The position numbers were made by a program, and so were the translations under genes. Positions 37,181 through 48,266 of a stretch of DNA of 50,327 nucleotides are shown here, in pieces. Origin of the DNA: Macrostomum lignano (Eukaryota); the NCBI GenBank assembly GCA_002269645.1, contig NIVC01001460.1, positions 50,422-100,748 of the forward strand. The letters are read 5' to 3'. Numbering within the stretch: position 1 is the first letter of the stretch; the number at the start of each line of letters is the position of its first letter. Under the pieces are notes generated by a model. It was not told where the DNA came from, did no database searches, and saw nothing but the letters and a program-made list of their open reading frames with translations.

Positions 37181-39510
37181 TTTAGTAGCTGTAGTAGATC
37201 GGTTCTAGCGAGGAGTTAAGGGGTCAGGTAATTTGCAGACAGGTGGGAGTGTGGGGTTTACAGGAAGCAGCCTAACACTTACAAGCCAAGCCTTCACTGC
37301 ACTGAGCACCAGATATGAGGGAAAGGCAGCTATTGAGACTGTTTTATACAACTCATTACGGACTTAGGGGGGGGGGGAGAAATCGAGCAGCGCATAGTAC
37401 GAGTAAAATAGCCGTGTTGCACGTGGCTGCATAAGGCTGTGTACGACTTCTCAACTATTTAAAATTCAATTATTTTAAGGTCATTTATTCTTATCTACTA
37501 AAATATTTTGTCTCCACTTATATATGCAGGTATGCGTGTGATTGGTTTTAGAAAATCCACTCTACGCTAGGACGAGCTTTAAAATTGTGTGACGACATGT
37601 AGGTGGATCTTGGTCTCCTGGCCTTTTTCGAAAATTACGGAGGCTTACACCACCCTTCATGTTTGGGCGTACCGTCAATTCCCACTGTAAAGAAGAAGAG
37701 CTTCGCACTAAAGATTAAACAAGCAGGCATTAGCCTATCACCAATATTAAACACTTAGACCAAACAGGGGGATTCTCAGCTTCTCGTCTTTTGGAACTGC
37801 GAATATATCAGCATGCTCGACTATTACGAGTAATACGAGCATATAATGGAACATATGTTCTATGTTTCAAGGTGCTCGGTGCGAGAAAGTAGAGAAGAGT
37901 TTTTATGCTAGCAGATCTCCCTCGCCCAGGGTCGCTATCATAAGACCGAAGTTTAAAAAACGTCAAAAGACACAACATAAAAAGAACCAAAACTCTCATC
38001 CTAATCATTAATACTCAACAACAGTAGCAGCAGCAAAGACGCAACCCATAAGGCCATAAAATAAGTATAATGCTCAATTGCAAAGTCCGCCCCGTCACAA
38101 TGTCGAGCGTCCCGGCGTCGCGCACGCATCGACGCGTTTGCACCTGAATAGGCTCTGCAAGTTGAGCAGCAGGACGTCCTGTAGAGGAGGCTAAGAGCAG
38201 CAACTCACGGACCCGATCACGCGCAGGACGGTGGATCCCTAACCTCGCAGTATTTCGGTGTTGTGAGGCCTTGCAAGAATTTTCAGGGTTGTGTCTGCAG
38301 TTCAGTCTTATGAAGCGACCCCCTCACGTAGATGGAGCTGCCAGCTGCCTGCTCACAGTCTTTCACAGCTCCCCCATGCTCACTGGTCAAGGGAGTGGCT
38401 TATCTGAGACTTAAATGAGAAAACAGAAAATAATACAATGCTTCAGCCACATAAGCAGTTCAAGTGATTCATTATTGTCGTTTATTGAATTTAAAAATAC
38501 ACGCACATACGATATGATATCACAATTGGATAAGCAGTTCCATTACATAAATTATATAAAATAACATAAACTACATAAGTCACAATAAATCAATCAGTAG
38601 TAACATTTTAGAAACGGCTCTAGCTTACTTAAATTGACTGGCTTGAAAATATAGCATTTTAATTGATTGCTACGAGCAAGCAATTTTATCCAGGATAGCA
38701 AAAAGACATGCATTTTGAGCCTGACTGCTAGTTGTCTATGGTAAAAAGTGTGTCGACCCGGCAGGCAATTTAATCCTTGGAGCACTCATTTAAGCACTAT
38801 CTTGCTCGGCCTTTCCATTTATTTCATGCATGCCTCCAACCAAACCAACCAGGAAGCTCCATATGAAAAAGTTACGACGTAGAACAAGGTTCAGCAAGAA
38901 ATCGTTCACTTAACGAAACCTGCATATAAAGAAACACACGACAGAAAAGTTTTTACATGTACGTTTAGACTTCAGTAAGTTACATAATCACCTCCCCAGC
39001 GATGCAGCCTGTGCGATTTCTTGCCTGCGTGCTAAGTTGGCAATGCTTTTGTTGTTATCACCTCTGTCGATAGCGTCGATTATCAATCTATGCTTTTTGC
39101 TGCTAATCTTAGCATATTGCACAGGTGGCGCCCCGGCATCTTTGGCAGCGATTCCGTCGATGTCTTCAAAAATGGTGCTAGCTTGGTCACAATTCGTCTG
39201 ACAGGTTGAAAAAAATGAGAGTGGAACGGCATAGACAGCGCTGTTTATGGATTTCAGTGCTTAAAATGAGTGCTCCAAGGATTAAATTGCCTGCCGGTGT
39301 GACACACTTTTTACCATAGACAACTAGCAGTGAGGCTCAAAATGCATGTCTTTTTGCTATCTTGGATTAAATTGCTTGCTCGTAGTCTCTACTAGCTTGC
39401 AAAATGCTATATTTAAGCTTATAGTATAACCTGACACAGCTCGTATTGCATAAAGGCTAGCGATACATGACCAACAATACAGTAAAAAATCAAAGGAATG
39501 TAAACATAGC
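37115..39510. repeat. Intergenic spacer 2 of the triplication
   Basis: Duplicate of 33320-35670 with small indels. Confidence 0.93.
38641..39419. mobile_element. Non-autonomous TIR element, copy B (co-duplicated with the spacer)
   Basis: Same TIRs as copy A. The right TIR retains GGATTAAATTG (about 39279-39290), which is missing in copy A. Confidence 0.7.
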
Positions 39511-39512
39511 TA

Positions 39513-40229
39513 CTAAGTTAGTGTTTTTAAGTTCGAAACAGAATTATTCGTAAAAAAGGAACCGATTTTGATGTCACTCAAAACTTTACACACATTAACC
39601 AGTTCGAGGGCGTACTCACGAGTTTTCATCGCGGTGCCACCCCAGCTCGTTTCGCTCTTCCGCATGTCGTGAACGGCGTACACAGTTGGCGACGAGTCTG
39701 TGACAGGGTTGTAATTGGTGATGTTTGAGCACAGCTGCGTTAGGTTCTTCACCTTTCTAAGACGCTGCATGTGCGGATCTTTGGTGTCGTTCAGTTTCCT
39801 GCAGCTAATGCTCATCTTGGACAGTCGATAGTTTCGAAAATTCGTCGAAACGCCGCTTAACGAGTTGTTCTCGTACGGATAGAAGCTGAACGATGGCGGC
39901 ACGTACACCGCTTCCATCGAGTCGTTTGTCAGCGGATGCTTGGCATTGTACCGCTCCAAAATTCTCGTCAGTCCAACTGGTCCAGCAAAGCCGAGAATGT
40001 CCCAGTTCGGCCGAATGAGAGACAGCTGGTCGAGCACGAACTTATAGAACTTGTGCCCTGGCGCAGACATGAGGAAGGCGGGACTGGCCACAGGTCTAAT
40101 GGGCCAGTGAGGCCCGAACAGCTGCAGCGAGTGCGTCTCCGGCTCGCGAGTGACCACCGCGTAGAAGCGACGAAACTCGTCCAGGTTTCGCGTCAGGCTG
40201 TAGTCCAGGTCTGCGTACGTGCCGCCGAG
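39513..40229 (-). CDS. GT32 glycosyltransferase copy 3, exon 2
   Basis: Acceptor at 40230. LGGTYADLDY through FFTNNSVSNLKTLT*. Confidence 0.85.
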   Translation of the reverse strand, partial: LGGTYADLDYSLTRNLDEFRRFYAVVTREPETHSLQLFGPHWPIRPVASPAFLMSAPGHKFYKFVLDQLSLIRPNWDILGFAGPVGLTRILERYNAKHPLTNDSMEAVYVPPSFSFYPYENNSLSGVSTNFRNYRLSKMSISCRKLNDTKDPHMQRLRKVKNLTQLCSNITNYNPVTDSSPTVYAVHDMRKSETSWGGTAMKTREYALELVNVCKVLSDIKIGSFFTNNSVSNLKTLT

Positions 40230-40386
40230 CTTCAAAAACCCAAAAATATGTATGTATGATTTCCGCTTAAAAGAAGTCAACTGCATGCTGTACGAGCGTA
40301 AAAGGTAGTTGTTAATGCAGTAATAATATAATGTGACTAGTATAGTGTTTCAGTATTCTGTGAATGCTCGATAGTGCTTTACCTAC

Positions 40387-40950
40387 CTTATACATCAGCA
40401 TGTAGCGGAACATGTCAACCTTCATGATGTGCATCTTCTGAGACTTGAATTGCTTCAACAGTTTGGGAAAATTTTCAGCCACGAATGGATCCATATCCTT
40501 GTCGCGCCACAGCACGTGGATCCAATCGGGGTGAAGTTTCTGCCAAGTTTTTATGTGCTCGACAAAGTACTTGGACACGAACTCGTTGCGCCAGAGAATG
40601 TGCCGGATCTTCGGTATCGGGAAGATGCCACTTTTGTGCAGGCTCGTCTCGTAGTCCAGCCGGCAGCTCTCGTTGGCGCAGGCAGCCGGCAGCCAAGTCT
40701 TCCGTTTCAATTGGACGTTTCTGCTTTTTAGTTTCGATGTGAAATTTAATTGAATCAGAGTAGCATTTCCTCCATTTCTGTTGAATGCATTGAACAAAGT
40801 GGCAAGAAAAACCGGATGCCTGTTTGCGTTTGTCGACAGCGTCGCTATCCGTGTTATTGCGGCGTAGACCAGTAGAATAACGAAAACAGCAAACAGAATT
40901 TTGCGCCACTTGTCGCATCGAAACTTTTGGACTTTTACGAAAAAATTCAT
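40387..40950 (-). CDS. GT32 glycosyltransferase copy 3, exon 1
   Basis: ATG 40950 MNFFVKVQKFRCDKW..., 564 nt to donor at 40386. The 5' flank is unique and unlike that of copies 1 and 2. Confidence 0.85.
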
Positions 40951-41475
40951 TTTTATCAAACGGTGGCTTTTTAAATCCCCTTATTTTTGCACTTGTAAAT
41001 TTTGTAAAATGCTTTCCTAGCAGACTAATTAAGACGTCCTATTTCGACTTCTGTTTTTTACCTTGCTTATTTCAATCACCGATTGGCTATTCCAACTAAT
41101 CCACAATCACTGGCCAAACCATTCTGTCCGGAGAGGTATCTACGTCAGTCTCGCTCCTTACCGGTGCGCTATCAGTTTGGGATAGGACAAATCGGGTAGC
41201 TCATTCCTACCTGACCAAGCCTAGAAATGTACATTCTGTAACCGTCCACGGATGAATTGGGGCTTTCTGCATTAAATTTTAAGATAGCTGGAGTTTGCGT
41301 TAAATACATCCAACTTCCTGAAGGAATATAGTAAGGCTTTTTCTGAAACTTCTTTTTTCAATTTCTGGACTGCTATATTAACATCTTCTCTGTCGTTTTC
41401 AAGTCATTAAGACTTCGTTGCTCCAGTTATTCGTTGTCAATGCCTGTTGTGTTGGAGCGAGTCTGGTATTGTCTG

Positions 41476-42773
41476 GATGAATGAATCAATGGATGGATGG
41501 ATGGATGGATGGATGGATGGATGGATGGATGGATGGATGGATGCATGGATGGATGGATGGATAGATGGATGGATGCATGGATGGATGCATGGATGGATGG
41601 ATGGATGGATGGATGGATGCATAGATGGATGGATGGATGGATAGATGGATGGATGCATGGATGGATGGATGGATGGATGGATGGATGGATGGATGGATGG
41701 ATGGATGGATGGATGGATGGATGGATGGATGGATGGATGGATGGATAGATGGATGGATGCATGGATGGATGGATGCATGCATGTATGGATGAATGAATCA
41801 ATGGATGGATGGATGGATGGATGGATGGATGGATGGATGGATGGATGGATGGATGGATGGATGGATGGATGGATGGATGGATGGATGGATGGATGGATGG
41901 ATGGATGGATGGATGGATGGATGGATGGATGGATGGATGGATGGATGGATGGATGGATGGATGGATGGATGGATGGATGGATGGATGGATGGATGGATGG
42001 ATGGATGAAGGAATGGATGGATGGATGGATGGATAGATGGATGGATGCATGGATGGATGGATGGATGGATGGATGGATGGATGAAGGAATGGATGGATGG
42101 ATGGATGGATAGATGGATGGATGGATGGATGGATGGATGGATGGATGGATGGATGCATGGATGGATGGATGGATGGATGGATGGATGGATGGATGGATGG
42201 ATGGATGGATAGATGGATGGATGCATGGATGGATGGATGCATGCATGCATGGATGGATGGATGGATGGATGGATGGATGGATGGATAGATGGATGGATGG
42301 ATGGATGGATGGATGGATAGATGGATGGATGGATGGATGGATGGATGGATGCATGGATGGATGGATGGATGGATGGATGGATGGATGGATGGATGGATGG
42401 ATAGATGGATGGATGGATGGATGGATGGATGGATGGATGGATGGATGGATGGATAGATGGATGGATGCATGGATGGATGGATGCATGCATGCATGGATGG
42501 ATGGATGGATGGATGGATGGATGGATGGATGGATGGATGCATGGATTGATGGATGGATGGATGGATGAATGAATGGATGGATGGATGGATGGATGGATGG
42601 ATGGATAGATGGATGGATGCATGGATGGATGGATGGATGGATGGATGGATGAATGAATGGATGGATGGATGGATGGATGGATGGATGGATAGATGGATGG
42701 ATGCATGGATGGATGGATGGATGGATGGATGGATGGATGGATGGATGGATGGATGGATGGATGGATGGATGAT
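41476..42773. repeat. (GGAT)n microsatellite, ~1.3 kb
   Basis: GGAT/ATGG units with occasional GCAT, AGAT and GAAT variants. Confidence 0.99.
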
Positions 42774-43384
42774 GGACCATATTGGCTGTTTGAGCTAGTT
42801 GCCTATGCAGTGCTAACAACTCGTGTGCCATCTCATTGAAACTAATCACTGAGCACCCTGGCCTCCCATGCTCAAATAAAATCGATGGAAGGCAGCGAGG
42901 TCCTATTGCTAAGCCAGGAAAATGTGAGAAAAGCAGAGCTGGCTAGCGACGCAAACCAAATCTTATCGAATTCGAGCTTGCGAATGGTTGGAAGGATACA
43001 AGTTTTTTATTTATCATAGATTTATTTATCTTTTTCTTATCGATCTTCCGATAGGATGGCTGGTCCCCAATAGAGTTAGCTCATAGTAACTTTGATGGGA
43101 TTCTGTCGACTGTAAGACATCTGGAGTGACTATCGATCCATGGCTATCGATAAAGCATACATAGTTATTGAAAATTTAAGACGACATGCCCAGCTGTCGT
43201 AAGCATTGGTCGAGCCTCTTTTTTTAAACCCGTGCGGGGTTGAGTATCAAATTTGTGAAATGAACTACTTAGAGTAGCAACGGTGATTTCTTACCTCGGT
43301 AAATATCAGATAGAAGCGCAAAAACACTCGACCACTGAGAATCTCTCACTCTCGCTCACTCTCTCAAGTCACTGACGATTCCTA

Positions 43385-43738
43385 GGAGTCACTTAAAATG
43401 TCTGAAGGTCACTGAGAATCCCCATGAGTCACTGAGAATCCCCATGAGTCACTGAGAATCCTCATGAGTCACTGAGAATCCCCATGAGTCACTGAGAATC
43501 CTCATGAGTCACTGAGAATCCCCATGAGTCACTGAGAATCCTCATGAGTCACTTCGAATCTCTAAAAATCACTGAGAATCTCTAAAAATCACTGAGAATC
43601 TCTAAAAATCACTGAGAATCTCTAAAAATCACGGAGAATCTCTAAAAATCACTAAGAATCCCCATGAGTCACTGGGAATCTCTAAGAGTCACTAGAAAGC
43701 TCCAAGAGTCACTGAGAATCTCCAAGAGTCACTGAGAA
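43385..43738. repeat. 20-bp minisatellite GAGTCACTGAGAATCCCCAT and variants
   Basis: About 17 units. Two more related units reappear at 45298-45335. Confidence 0.92.
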
Positions 43739-44395
43739 TACTGCACTTGATAAGCCAAGGATTACTGCACTTGATAAACTAAAAATAATTGCACTTGATA
43801 AACTAAAAATAATTGCACTTGATAAACTAAAAATAATTGCACTTGATAAACTAAAAATAATTGCACTTGATAAACTAAAAATAATTGCACTTGATAAACT
43901 AAAAATAATTGCACTTGATAAACCAAGGATTATTGCACTTGATAAACCAAGGATTATTGCATTTGATAAGCCAAGGATTACTGCACTTGATAAACCAAGG
44001 ATTATTGTACTTGATAAGCCAAGGATTATTGTACTTGATAAGCCAAGGATTATTGCACTTGATAAACCAAGGATTATTGCACTTGATAAACCAAGGATTA
44101 TTGCACTTGATAAACCAAGGATTATTGCACTTGATAAACCAAGGATGATTGCGCTTGATAAACCAAGGATTATTGCACTTGATAAACCAAGGACTACTGC
44201 ACTTGATAAACAAGGATTACTGCACCTGATAAGCCAAGGATTATTGCACTAGATTTGAAAGGATTATTGCACTAGCTGAGAAGCTGATTATTGCGCTGTC
44301 TAAAAAAGAGATTATTGCGCTCGTTGAGACGTGGATTGTTGCACAACCTGAGAAAGCGATTATTGCATTAGCGGAGGTAACATTTGCACTAGCTA
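43739..44395. repeat. 24-bp minisatellite TTGCACTTGATAAACCAAGGATTA with a degenerate right end
   Basis: Two homogeneous variant blocks followed by 24-bp-periodic GATTATTGC cores with variable linkers. Confidence 0.92.
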
Positions 44396-44409
44396 CTTGC
44401 TGTTTCGTG

Positions 44410-45040
44410 GATGCTTGCTATCTGGAGGATGCTTGCTCTCGAGGGGGGGGGGGTACGAGCTACTTGCTATTTGGGAGGGGCGTACGGGCTACATGTATGG
44501 GATTCTTTCTATCCAGGGATGCTTGCTATTTAGGGACTCTTGCTATCTGCAGGATGCTTGCTATCTGCAGGATGCTTCTTTAATATCTGGGGGAGTGCAT
44601 GCTATCTGCAGGATGCTTGCTATCTGGGTGGATGCTTCTATAATATCTGGGGGGTGCTTGCTATCTGCAGATGCTTGCTATCTGCGGTGATGCTTGCTAT
44701 CTGGGGGATGCTTGCTATCTGCAGATGCTTGCTATCTGCGGTGATGCTTGCTATCTGGGGGATGCTTGCTATCTGCAGATGCTTGCTATCTGCGGTGATG
44801 CTTGCTATCTGGGGGATGCTTGCTATCTGCAGATGCTTGCTACGAGCTATCTGCGGTGATGCTTGCTATCTGGGGGATGCTTGCTATCTGCAGATGCTTG
44901 CTATCTGCGGTGATGCTTGCTATCTGGGGGATGCTTGCTATCTGCAGATGCTTACTATCTGCGGTGATGCTTGCTATGAGCATTAGGGGATGCTTGCTAT
45001 CTGCGGTTGCTTACTTTTGGAGGGGGTGCTTGCTATCTGG
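44410..45040. repeat. GATGCTTGCTATCT minisatellite with a 54-bp higher-order unit (19+18+17)
   Basis: GATGCTTGCTATCTGCGGT-GATGCTTGCTATCTGGGG-GATGCTTGCTATCTGCA repeated. Confidence 0.9.
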
Positions 45041-45832
45041 GGGGGGGGGTGCTTGCTGTCTTGGGAATATTTTCTATTTAGGGGGAGCTATATTTTGTTG
45101 TCTGTTTGTTAATTTTAGAGAAAAAGTGATTCATAGCAAACATCTTTGTCCGTGTCAATTTTACACGAATGTGATTTTTAAAAGTGAAGAAGGAATTGGT
45201 TCTTAAGAAAATGTGCTTTTTTAATTGTTTTCCATGAACTATTTTTGCTCCTTGCTTATTGGGCGCCCCGAAGGGGGCCGCACTAGATTGCTAGTAGACT
45301 CTCTAAGAGTCACTAAAAAGCTCCAAGAGTCACTACATTATCAGAAATAGTAAAATCTTACTTATCTTTCAGTAAATTTCCGAAAGCAAAACATGCAGAA
45401 AAACTGGCATTTGCAAGGTGATCCAAAGGACCAACAATCAAAACAACATTGTGCGCGTATACTTCATTGACAAAATCTTATCAAGCCTTGTACGACAGCA
45501 AAATTCGATATGCAAAGTTTTACTGCAACAAAGAACAGACATTGTGGAAGGTGCTGACTAATTAAAAAAACACAAAAATAACAGGAAACATCGTGTGAGT
45601 GTGCAAAGGTGCCAAACTGTGTCGACAGCCAGGAATAGTTTGATACAATTATTGACGCTGCTGACCAACGTCATCAATGTTACCAAAGTCTATAAGCTCT
45701 GAGCTTCGCTACTAAACCTGCTTAACCTCAATTACGTGTAGTAACTTTCACTCGCAAAAATTTAAATAACGATCGATGCATGGAGCTGAATAGAGAAAAA
45801 AATTGACAAAATTCGAGCTCATCCATCAGCGC

Positions 45833-46269
45833 TCAAACGAAGCCATCCTCGTACGGGTAGGTTGCGCTGTCTGAGTCTGTGGAATTGGGACTCACTGCGT
45901 GCGTGTGCTGCAGGATTGGCGACGGGCCTTCTCGAAAGCACGGCAGTGGCTGCTTCTCTGGCTCCTCTTGTTGCTGCTGCTGCTGCTGTTGCTGTTGCTG
46001 CTGCATTTCAAGGTGATGCTGGACAAACAGGTGCTTCTGAAGAGGCCGATGACCGTCCTCTATAGTGCCTTCGTCCTTGTCGATTCCGTCAATGTCTGAA
46101 CTGCGAGATTTGATTAGGATACCTGGATTGGCCAGGGTTGAAGATCGGTGGTCCCTGACTGCTGAGCGGTCATCATTGAGGCTGTCCTCGGCTGACCTGT
46201 ACAGCTGACCCGGCAGTGCCATGCGTAGGGTCGTGGAGTTTGAGTCGCCCTCGATTGAGCCGCCTTCTT
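45833..46269 (-). CDS. GRM: Metabotropic glutamate receptor, terminal exon (cytoplasmic tail with Q12)
   Basis: Acceptor CCAATAG|AA at 46270, phase 1, matches the preceding exon. Open to TGA at 45833. Confidence 0.7.
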
Positions 46270-46312
46270 CTATTGGAAAGAAAAATTTTGGTTTGACACA
46301 GTTCACCGAATC

Positions 46313-46940
46313 ACCAATCGACCCCATGACCAATCGACCCCATGACCAATCGACCCCATGACCCATCGACCCAATGACCCATCGACTCAATGACCCATCG
46401 ACCCAATGACCCATCGACCCAATGACCCATCGACCCAATGACCCATCGACCCAATGACCCATCGACCCAATGACCCATCGACCCAATGACCCATCGACCC
46501 AATGACCCATCGACCCAATGACCCATCGACCCAATGACCCATCGACCCAATGACCCATCGACTCAATGACCCATCGACCCAATGACCCATCGACCCAATG
46601 ACCCATCGACCCAATGACCCATCGACCCAATGACCCATCGACCCAATGACCCATCGACCCAATGACCCATCGACCCAATGACCCATCGACCCAATGACCC
46701 ATCGACCCAATGACCCATCGACCCAATGACCCATCGACCCAATGACCCATCGACCCAATGACCCATCGACCCAATGACCCATCGACCCAATGACCCATCG
46801 ACCCAATGACCCATCGACCCAATGACCCATCGACCCAATGACCCATCGACCCAATGACCCATCGACCCAATGACCCATCGACCCAATGACCCATCGACCC
46901 AATGACCCATCGACCCAATGACCCATCGACCCAATGATCC
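46313..46940. repeat. 16-bp intronic minisatellite ATGACCCATCGACCCA
   Basis: About 39 units filling the last mGluR intron. Confidence 0.97.
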
Positions 46941-46958
46941 AACGACTTAATGACTCAC

Positions 46959-47142
46959 TGTGATTGGCATAACTTCCAGCACTGCTCGACGCCTGTTTTT
47001 TGTAATGATTTGAGTTCATGGTCAGTTTGCGAACATTTTTCTCTGGCTGGAAAAATATGATGTAGATCTTGGGCGTGAACAAGCAGGCCAAAGCCACCGA
47101 CGCTGACAGAGAGATGCTGACGCATAACGTTGTAATTTGCAC
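46959..47142 (-). CDS. GRM: Metabotropic glutamate receptor, TM7 and proximal tail exon
   Basis: GTTTCAG|VQITTLCVSISLSASVALACLFTPKIYIIFFQPEKNV..., donor A|GTGAGT at 46958. Confidence 0.92.
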
Positions 47143-47194
47143 CTGAAACACAGAGCAGCAACTGACACTCTGGGAGGCTGGAGGATGTAGGAAG

Positions 47195-47421
47195 CTGGCC
47201 CAACAACTGAGGATCTGGGAGGCTGGCCCAGCAACTGAGGATCTGGGAGGCTGGCTCAGCAACTGAGGATCTGGGAGGCTGGCCAGCAACTGAGGATCTG
47301 GGAGGCTGGCCCAGCAACTGAGGATCTGGGAGGCTGGCCCAGCAACTGAGGATCTGGGAGGCTGGCCCAGCAACTGAGGATCTGGGAGGCTGGCTCAGCA
47401 ACTGAGGATCTGGGAGGCTGG
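47195..47421. repeat. 28-bp intronic minisatellite CCAGCAACTGAGGATCTGGGAGGCTGGC
   Basis: About 8 units, period 28 (47233 and 47261). Confidence 0.93.
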
Positions 47422-47579
47422 CGGTGGCCCAGCAAGCTACAATTCTCACGTCTACTCTATAGTTATAGGCTATTTCTACTAAAGATAAACACAATGTAAC
47501 AAAATATCCTCAACACTTGCTACTAATAGTACAAGCCAGCTACAGTAGAAAGCAGATCAGTTGGTCCCGTACTGCTCAC

Positions 47580-48266
47580 CTCAAAGGACGAGTGCGTACC
47601 GAAGAACAGAGGCACGAAGGCCAGCCAGATGATGCAGGTGGTGTACATGGTGAAGCCGATAAACTTGGACTCGTTGAAATTCTCAGGAATCCGCCTGGTC
47701 TTGATGGCATAGTAGGTGCACACCATGATGAGGATCATGTTGTAGAACAGCGACACCAAAAACGATTTGTCGTCGATTTTGCAGCGCAGAATCGATTCGA
47801 GACGCTGCGGATGGTGGATCCTGGTGCCGGGGTGGCTCAGCACCAGCCAGATGAGGGTGCACGCCAGCTGGACGCTGATCAGAGCTCCGGCAATCAGCAG
47901 CTGCGACTTCGGCGAGATGAACGGCGGTCGCTTGGCGCTTCTACTCGCTGCCTCAAAGATTCGGGCGATGCGGTTGGTCTTCGTCAGCAAGCTGGCGTAG
48001 ATCATGGCGAAGCCGAGACCGATGCCGATGCGCTGCAGGGCGCAGGTGAAGCCGGTCGGCTTGGTGATCAACAGGAAAGTCATCAGGTAGCAGACGAGAC
48101 AGCCCGAGAGCAGCAGGTAGCTCAGTTCTCGGCCGGATGCTTTCACTAGCGGAGTCTCGTTGTAGCGAACAAAGGTGGCGATGATGAAGGAGGTTGATAG
48201 AATGCCCATCGTGCTGAGAATGATTGGCACGATTGCGTACCAGCTGGTCCACTGCATGTACTGAAC
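47580..48266 (-). CDS. GRM: Metabotropic glutamate receptor (class C GPCR), TM1-TM6 exon
   Basis: TPLVKASGRELSYLLL, KTNRIARIF, KTRRIPENFNESKFIGFTMYTTCIIWLAFVPLFFGT. Acceptor CCCGCAG| at 48267 and donor GAG|GTGAGC at 47579. Upstream ligand-binding exons are not seen in the window. Confidence 0.96.

Noticed and set aside
31982-40918. Secondary ORFs overlapping the GT32 genes (e.g. 32137-32637, 32843-33286, 36639-37082)
   Set aside because: Antisense or alternate-frame shadows of GC-rich exons, repeated only because the genes are triplicated.
41427-42849. HPSI/MDGW ORFs of up to 470 aa, or an interstitial telomere
   Set aside because: Translation of a (GGAT)n microsatellite; the unit is not a known animal telomere repeat.
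44238-44395. CRISPR-like repeat-spacer array
   Set aside because: The core (~10 nt) and linkers (~14 nt) are far too short, the context is eukaryotic, and there are no cas genes. Kept instead as a periodic-repeat finding.
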